From a virus (lineage: Duplodnaviria > Caudoviricetes), in the IMG/VR virus record IMGVR_UViG_3300027715_000010, positions 30,379 through 94,378 of that record: DNA of 64,000 nt. One strand, 5' to 3'. The position numbers and the translations under genes are program-made. Within the stretch, counting starts at the first letter, position 1. Each line of letters opens with the position of its first letter. Shown one piece after another: positions 57,844 to 64,000 of the stretch. A model generated the notes under the pieces. That model was given only the letters and a program-made list of their open reading frames with translations, had not been told where the DNA came from and made no database searches.

Positions 57844-59289
57844 TTGATGATAACAGTAACTAAAATAGATGAAGTCTGGGCAAAGTTAGCCATAGAAGAA
57901 CGTTGTGTAATAATGGAAGTATCAGATTACTTTTCATTTTTTACACCAACAGCTAGATGGTCACCTTTATTCAAGAACAAAATCTGGGACGGTAAGATCC
58001 GTCTTTTCAATGCTCAGACAGGTAAACTATACACCGGTCTAATACATCATTTATATGCTTTTGCCAAAGAACACGATTATCCAATTACTTTCAAAGGCTT
58101 TTCTAAACCAGATCCAATCAGTACCGATGACTTCATAAAGAATCTACAACTACAGAAAACTCCATACGATTTTCAATTAGATGCCCTTAATCACGTTGCT
58201 AATAAACATCGTGCAGTTTTGGTATCCCCAACCGGCACCGGTAAGTCATTGATTATATATCTTATAGTTAAGTTATTCAAACTAAAGACACTTATTATAG
58301 TTCCTTCCGTGCAATTAGTATCACAAATGACCAAGGACTTTATAGACTACGATCCTTCCATTGGTAAAGATATACATCAAATCTACTCCGGACAAGAGAA
58401 AGAAACAGATAAATCTATTACAATTAGTACTTATCAATCCTTACTTAGATTACCCAAAGAATACTTTCAAGACTTCCAGGCTGTAGTTTGTGATGAAGCA
58501 CACGGAGCAGATGCCAAGTCCATCAAGAAAATACTTGAGAATCTTGAAGGTGCATATATTCGTGTTGGAACTACTGGTACTTTAAAAGATATAGAAAAAG
58601 GTAATGTACACCAGTTGGTATTAGAAGGACTAATGGGACCGATTAAAGTAGTTACCAAGACCAGAGATGCTATTGACAATAACATACTTTCTAAATTAAA
58701 TATCAATATCTTATTGTTAGAATATCCTGCTAAGGATCGTAAGTTAGTCCAAGATATGGATTATCAAGAAGAGATGACCTATATTTTACAACATCAACAA
58801 AGAAACAAGTTTATTAAAAATCTAGCTTTACAATTACAAGGAAATACTTTATTACTGTTTACTAGAATAGAACACGGTAAGATAATTTATGACTTATTAA
58901 AAGAACATACAGATCGCAAAGTGTTTTATATAGACGGGGGAATAGACGTGGATCCAAGAGAAGAGATTCGTGCTTATATGGAAAAGAATAAAGATGTTAT
59001 ATTGGTTGCTTCTTATGGTACTTTCTCGCAAGGTATCAATATCAAGAATCTACACAATGTTATCTTTGCCTCTTTTTATAAAAGCCGTGTTAAAGTATTA
59101 CAAAGCATCGGACGTGTTTTAAGAAAGTATCAAGACAAGGTAGCAACTTTATATGATATCGCAGACGACTTAGGAACACCGAAACGAAAGAACTTTTCTT
59201 TGAAACACCTTATAGAACGTATTAAAATGTATGCAGAAGAGAAACATAATTATAACATAAAGAAGATTAGAGTGCCAGATAATGAATAA
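57844..59289 (+). CDS. uvsW: DNA helicase UvsW
   Basis: WDGKIRLF, SPTGTGKS, DEAH, GTTGT, QSIGRVLR. Confidence 0.96.
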   Translation: MMITVTKIDEVWAKLAIEERCVIMEVSDYFSFFTPTARWSPLFKNKIWDGKIRLFNAQTGKLYTGLIHHLYAFAKEHDYPITFKGFSKPDPISTDDFIKNLQLQKTPYDFQLDALNHVANKHRAVLVSPTGTGKSLIIYLIVKLFKLKTLIIVPSVQLVSQMTKDFIDYDPSIGKDIHQIYSGQEKETDKSITISTYQSLLRLPKEYFQDFQAVVCDEAHGADAKSIKKILENLEGAYIRVGTTGTLKDIEKGNVHQLVLEGLMGPIKVVTKTRDAIDNNILSKLNINILLLEYPAKDRKLVQDMDYQEEMTYILQHQQRNKFIKNLALQLQGNTLLLFTRIEHGKIIYDLLKEHTDRKVFYIDGGIDVDPREEIRAYMEKNKDVILVASYGTFSQGINIKNLHNVIFASFYKSRVKVLQSIGRVLRKYQDKVATLYDIADDLGTPKRKNFSLKHLIERIKMYAEEKHNYNIKKIRVPDNE

Positions 59290-59806
59290 ACCACCAAAAG
59301 ATACAAGTAGAAATTACCTTGATAAAGAAAAAGTCTACCAACAGTTTGTTATTTACCATAAAAAGATGCTTGAAGCTAAAGAAAAAAATGAAGAACTACC
59401 AAGAGTACCAGAGTCTATTGGTAAGGCTATTCTTCTAATTTGCACCAATCTAGGTAAACTATGGAAGTTTCGTGGATATACTTATAACGAAGATATGATT
59501 GGTTATGCCATAGAACAATGTATCAGATATGTAAATAACTTTGACCCGAACAAATCTAAAGAACCATTTAGTTACTTTACTCAGATTGCCATCTATGCCT
59601 TTATTCGGTATATTCAAAAAGAAAAGAAGCAAAGATATATCCAAGTTGAGTGTATGAAGGATAACGAATTCTTATCCGGTCTAGTAACCATATCAGACCA
59701 CGATGACTATAAAAAGATAAACCTTGATTGTGTTGAGTTTATCAAGAATTATATTGAGACTAATGATAAAAAAGAGGTATCCAATGAAGATAGCAGTTCT
59801 AACTGA
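59282..59806 (+). CDS. gp55: Late sigma factor gp55
   Basis: FRGYTYNEDMI, NFDPNKSKEPFSYFTQI..AFIRYIQKEKKQ. Confidence 0.95.
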   Translation: MNKPPKDTSRNYLDKEKVYQQFVIYHKKMLEAKEKNEELPRVPESIGKAILLICTNLGKLWKFRGYTYNEDMIGYAIEQCIRYVNNFDPNKSKEPFSYFTQIAIYAFIRYIQKEKKQRYIQVECMKDNEFLSGLVTISDHDDYKKINLDCVEFIKNYIETNDKKEVSNEDSSSN

Positions 59807-60791
59807 TACTCACTTTGGTGTTAAAAATGACGACCAGGGTATGCTAGATTATTTTGATAAGTTCTATACGGTCTTCTTTGATTACTTAGAAAAGAATAAT
59901 ATCAAGCAAGTAATACACTGCGGGGACTTTTTTGATAAACGTAAGAATATAAACTTTCTAACATTAAATAAAACAAAGACCATATTCCTTGATAAGTTAG
60001 AAAAGCACGGAATTACTATGGATATCATTGAGGGTAACCACGATATCTATTTTAAGAATACCAATGTGGTATCAAGCCTAAAAGAAATCTTGGATCTATA
60101 TAAGAACATTAATGTAATAGATAAACCTATCACAAAAGAGTTTGATGACCTACCAGTAGACTTTATTCCTTGGATTATAAACGAACAGAATGCTATTGAT
60201 TTTATTCAACAATCTAAATCCAAGATTGTATTCGGGCACTTTGAGTTAAAAGGATATGAATACAGTCCAGGAGTAAAATCCGAAATTGGTATGTCAGATA
60301 CTATTCTTACCAAATACGGACAGATCTATTCTGGACATTATCATTTACACGGAAAGAATTATATTGGATCCCCTTATGAGATTACTTGGTCTGATTATCA
60401 AACCAAAAAAGGATTCTATGTCTTTGATACTAAAACAGAAAATGCAGAATTTGTAGAGAATAAGCATAGATTATTCTGTAAGATCTTTTACGAAGAAGGT
60501 ATGGAACCAGTATCAGTAAAGAATAAGATTGTTAAAGTTTATGCCAAGTTTGAACGTGACCAATTACAGTTTGATAAATGGTTAGTTGATGTAAATAATG
60601 AAAATCCGTTGGAACTTACGGTTATAGAATCCGATGCAGATAATTCTTTAGAAAAAGTTGAAATAAATGTTGACAATGTAGATACTTTACAATATATCAA
60701 AGAAGTAATAGATGCAAGTGAAACGGTTTTGGATAAAATCGTTATAAAGAAATTAGTAACTAACATATACCAAGAAGCGGAGACAATCTAA
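59784..60791 (+). CDS. gp47: Recombination nuclease gp47 (Mre11-like)
   Basis: Start revised to MKIAVLTDTHFG; GDFFD, GNHD, GHFE, SGHYH. Confidence 0.95.
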   Translation: MKIAVLTDTHFGVKNDDQGMLDYFDKFYTVFFDYLEKNNIKQVIHCGDFFDKRKNINFLTLNKTKTIFLDKLEKHGITMDIIEGNHDIYFKNTNVVSSLKEILDLYKNINVIDKPITKEFDDLPVDFIPWIINEQNAIDFIQQSKSKIVFGHFELKGYEYSPGVKSEIGMSDTILTKYGQIYSGHYHLHGKNYIGSPYEITWSDYQTKKGFYVFDTKTENAEFVENKHRLFCKIFYEEGMEPVSVKNKIVKVYAKFERDQLQFDKWLVDVNNENPLELTVIESDADNSLEKVEINVDNVDTLQYIKEVIDASETVLDKIVIKKLVTNIYQEAETI

Positions 60792-60792
60792 A

Positions 60793-61050
60793 ATGAAAAC
60801 TATTTTTGTACAAAAGTTAATGATTGAAGGTTATAAAGAAAAAGAACATCAACCAAATCTAAACGTAACCATCAATAGTGAAACTGGTATAACTATTTCA
60901 AACCAGAATATCAACTGGGCATATTCTTGCTTTATTCCATTACTTGATATTCGTGATGACGATGCAACCAAACTAATTATTGATACAGTTAGAAAATTGG
61001 ACGCTGCTATTGCTCCAGCAAAAGAAGAACCAAAAGATGATAGTATTTAA
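60793..61050 (+). CDS. Hypothetical protein between gp47 and gp46
   Basis: Packed 85-aa ORF. Confidence 0.6.
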   Translation: MKTIFVQKLMIEGYKEKEHQPNLNVTINSETGITISNQNINWAYSCFIPLLDIRDDDATKLIIDTVRKLDAAIAPAKEEPKDDSI

Positions 61051-62734
61051 GAAGGTAACGGTTAAGAACTTCTTCTCGGTAGGTAATCGGCCTATTGAAA
61101 TAAGTTTGAATACACACAGAAAGACTTTAGTATCTGGTAGTAACGGCTGCGGTAAGTCTGCTATTATTCTAGATGCTATAAACTTTGCTCTATTCAATAA
61201 GCCTTATAAGTCAGTTAATAAATCTCAAATTATTAATTCAATCAATCAAAAGGACTGTTTGGTAGAACTTGAGTTTACTGTAAATAATGTAGAATATACT
61301 ATTCGTAGAGGTATTAAACCAACCGTATTTGATATTATAGTAAATGGACAAGAACTAGACAAAGAATCCCACAATCGGGACTTTCAGAACTATCTTGAAA
61401 CTAATGTGCTTAGACTTAATGAAAAGTCTTTCCAGCAGTTAGTAGTTCTAGGATCCGGCAACTATATTCCATTTATGAGATTACCACTGGCACACCGTAG
61501 AGAGATTATTGAAGATATCCTTGATTTATCAATCTTTTCTAAAATGAAAGAAGTACTTAAAGAAAAGATATCTACCAATAAGACACAAGTTCTAGACTCA
61601 CAAGCAACCAACAATCAATTAAATGATAAAAAGAAACTTATAGAAAACTTTATTAAATCACTGGAAGTTACTAAAGATAAGAATACTTCTGAGTTAAAAG
61701 ATAAGATAAAAACCATAGAAGAAACCATTTCTAAGAATCTAATACAAATTGACAGTCTAAAGACCAAATTAAAACCATTACCAGAACCAAAAGAAGGGTT
61801 ATCTGATAGGATCGGAGTTCTTGATAGGGAATTATCAACACTAGAATATAAACTGAAGACCACGGACAAGAACCAGCAATTCTTTATGAACAATGAAAAA
61901 TGCAATACTTGCGGACAAGATATTAAGGATCGGACTAGTATTATTGCCAATTATAAGATTGAAATTGATGAGTTAACTGTTTCAATTAACACATTAAAGA
62001 ACGAAAAAGAAGGTCTTTTAGAAAAAAGACGGGCAGGGGAACTGGTTGAAAGAGAAAACAGTAAAGTAGAAAATGACATTGCAGCCTATGAAAACGAGAT
62101 AAATTATCAAAATAGATTAAAACTCCAGTTAGACGTTGAGTTATCAAAACCAAACAATAATGATAAGTTGTTGAAAGAAAACAAAAATGACTTGGAAAAA
62201 GTAAAAGAAGAACTTAAAGAACAAGAAAAAGTGCTGAATAAGTTAGTCTTGCAGAAGAAGTATCTTGATTATGTAAATAGTTTGGTTAGTGACTCTGGGG
62301 TAAAAAATCAACTTGTTAAAAAGTATATACCAATAATTAATAAATTGATGAATGAGTACTTGACAAAGTTTGGATTATCGGTTAACTTTACTCTTGATGA
62401 AAACTTTGAGGAAAAGATTAAGTCAAGGTATCGTGATATTTTTAGTTACGAGAACTTTTCAGAGGGACAGAAAGCTAGAATTGATTTAAGTTTAATGTTT
62501 ACCTGGAGAGAGATTGCTAAAAATCGCAATACTCAGAATACCAATTTATTGATTATGGACGAAGTTTTTGATGGTAGTTTAGATGCAAATGCTACAACGG
62601 AACTAATAAATATAGTTGACAAATTGGAAAATACTAATACAATAATAATTACGCACAAAGATAGTTCTGCTTTTGATAACTTTGAAAGAGCTATTGAAGT
62701 ACAGTTAGTAAATGGTTTTACCAACATAAAGTGA
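61037..62734 (+). CDS. gp46: Recombination ATPase gp46 (Rad50-like)
   Basis: Start revised to MIVFKKV; GSNGCGKS, CNTCGQ hook, FSEGQKARID, LLIMDEVFD. Confidence 0.96.
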   Translation: MIVFKKVTVKNFFSVGNRPIEISLNTHRKTLVSGSNGCGKSAIILDAINFALFNKPYKSVNKSQIINSINQKDCLVELEFTVNNVEYTIRRGIKPTVFDIIVNGQELDKESHNRDFQNYLETNVLRLNEKSFQQLVVLGSGNYIPFMRLPLAHRREIIEDILDLSIFSKMKEVLKEKISTNKTQVLDSQATNNQLNDKKKLIENFIKSLEVTKDKNTSELKDKIKTIEETISKNLIQIDSLKTKLKPLPEPKEGLSDRIGVLDRELSTLEYKLKTTDKNQQFFMNNEKCNTCGQDIKDRTSIIANYKIEIDELTVSINTLKNEKEGLLEKRRAGELVERENSKVENDIAAYENEINYQNRLKLQLDVELSKPNNNDKLLKENKNDLEKVKEELKEQEKVLNKLVLQKKYLDYVNSLVSDSGVKNQLVKKYIPIINKLMNEYLTKFGLSVNFTLDENFEEKIKSRYRDIFSYENFSEGQKARIDLSLMFTWREIAKNRNTQNTNLLIMDEVFDGSLDANATTELINIVDKLENTNTIIITHKDSSAFDNFERAIEVQLVNGFTNIK

Positions 62735-62748
62735 GAAAGAGATATAAT

Positions 62749-64000
62749 ATGTTAAACAAATACGGCTTTTTTGAGAAAAATGAGTATCTGCTAAACTCAA
62801 AAATCAACATTACCTTTGATGAATTGTTAAAGTTAAATGATGATGAGTTTAGACAATGGACTATTGATGTACGTAAAGAGATAGTTTATGCCTGGGATAA
62901 ATTAGATTTGCCACCAACATTAGCTTACACCGAAAATGAAGTTGTTGAGTTATTAAATGAAGTTAGTGGTATCGATGTTTATCAATTTGAAACAGTTGAT
63001 GAGTTAACTGGTGAAAAGGACGTATTTAAAAATACTAAGGCACACAGTTATGGAATCAACCAATGGTTTCTTAATAGATTAAAAACTAAAATGAATGATT
63101 CACATAAACTAGATGGTGAATCAGTATACCAATTATTCTCAGAAGAAAGCAATCTAGAACGTATGATCAATTACTTCAAAAGTATTATACGTAATGACGG
63201 CTTGTATAATTGGTCTGTAAACATAAAAGAAGGTGCTGTATTTACAACTGCAAAAACTGCTACTGATTGGGTAAATGAATTTGAAGCACGTGAATATTGG
63301 ACTGAAAAGAAAAAGGGATACTGGTTTCAACCGATTACAACTAACAAAAATGAAGGTTTTCTAACCATCACTAGAGAAGAAATTGGTAAATTAAATGTTC
63401 CAGAAAGAACAAAACGTATAGTAAGTGCTGAATATGATACTTATTATATTCGTTATTATGATGCCGAAGCAAGAATATTCCCTAGTGGTTTTAGATTCTT
63501 TAGAGTTGGTCCAATTAGAGTTCCAACAAATTATCCACCTGTAAGCGCAAAATACCTATACGAAAAGTTTACTGAATCATTCAAAGACCAAGAAGTTATT
63601 AATATCTACGATCCAAGTGCTGGTTGGGGTGGTCGTATCGCAGGTGCTATGAGTGTTAAAAATGATAGAAAAGTGCACTATATTGGTAATGATCCTAATC
63701 CAGATAATGTTATTACAACAGAACCATTGTATACTAAGTATCATCAGATAGCAGATTTTATCAATACGAGAACAACCAAGGCAAATCCGTTCTTTGCGAT
63801 TCAAAATACTTATGAGATATTTACAATGGGGTCTGAAGAAATTCATAAATCAGAACGGTTTCAAAAATATAAAGGTCAAATTGATTTAATCTTTACAAGT
63901 CCACCATATTTTGCTAAGGAAGCTTATAGTGAATGCGAAACACAAGCACATAAGAAATTCCCAGAATATAACGCCTGGGTTGAGGGTTTTCTGAAACCTA
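62749..64000 (+). CDS. Amino (probably N4-cytosine) DNA methyltransferase, partial
   Basis: Not in ORF track; manual translation: IYDPSAGWGGR (motif I), IGNDPN, DLIFTSPPYF (motif IV); runs off the window. Confidence 0.88.
   Translation, partial: MLNKYGFFEKNEYLLNSKINITFDELLKLNDDEFRQWTIDVRKEIVYAWDKLDLPPTLAYTENEVVELLNEVSGIDVYQFETVDELTGEKDVFKNTKAHSYGINQWFLNRLKTKMNDSHKLDGESVYQLFSEESNLERMINYFKSIIRNDGLYNWSVNIKEGAVFTTAKTATDWVNEFEAREYWTEKKKGYWFQPITTNKNEGFLTITREEIGKLNVPERTKRIVSAEYDTYYIRYYDAEARIFPSGFRFFRVGPIRVPTNYPPVSAKYLYEKFTESFKDQEVINIYDPSAGWGGRIAGAMSVKNDRKVHYIGNDPNPDNVITTEPLYTKYHQIADFINTRTTKANPFFAIQNTYEIFTMGSEEIHKSERFQKYKGQIDLIFTSPPYFAKEAYSECETQAHKKFPEYNAWVEGFLKP

Overview
This window is a 64-kb segment of an AT-rich T4-like (Tevenvirinae-related) myophage genome read in the standard genetic code. 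The host cannot be determined from the sequence. From 1 to about 42 kb is the virion morphogenesis module, almost all on the minus strand: gp21 (partial), gp67/68-like, gp20, gp19, gp18, gp17, gp16, gp15, gp14, gp13, fibre/adhesin genes, a VrlC-like protein, gp8, gp7, gp6, gp25, a split gp5, hub, gp53, gp48, gp51, gp26, gp54-like, gp2 and gp4, plus a plus-strand gp29-like tape measure. From 42 to 55 kb is a leftward replication/accessory block: gp32, gp41, UvsX, gp43, GroES-like, gp59, gp33, two MptE/Maf-like proteins, a DHH phosphoesterase and an endolysin. A gap of about 1.4 kb with no credible ORF (55432-56814) follows, then gp3 and a rightward block: UvsY, UvsW, gp55, gp47, gp46 and a partial amino-DNA methyltransferase. 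T4-type late promoters (TATAAATA) precede many virion genes. The most notable observations are these. (1) An apparently unclassified, heavily structured RNA of about 640 nt lies in the gap, behind its own promoters and followed by an origin-like A-rich tract with GCGA(A)AGC DNA mini-hairpins. (2) A late-promoter small RNA between gp17 and a TnpB has two anti-Shine-Dalgarno loops, one complementary to the ribosome-binding sites of both terminase genes. (3) An intact stand-alone TnpB sits behind a phage late promoter. (4) gp5 is split, and a catalytically degenerate M23 domain replaces the lysozyme. (5) A U_UUU_UUA site could fuse gp26 to gp51 by -1 frameshifting. (6) The gene 32 pseudoknot and gene 43 operator hairpin are conserved. 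(7) CATG and TCGA are strongly avoided. All calls come from motifs, synteny and manual base-pairing; no database search or folding program was run.
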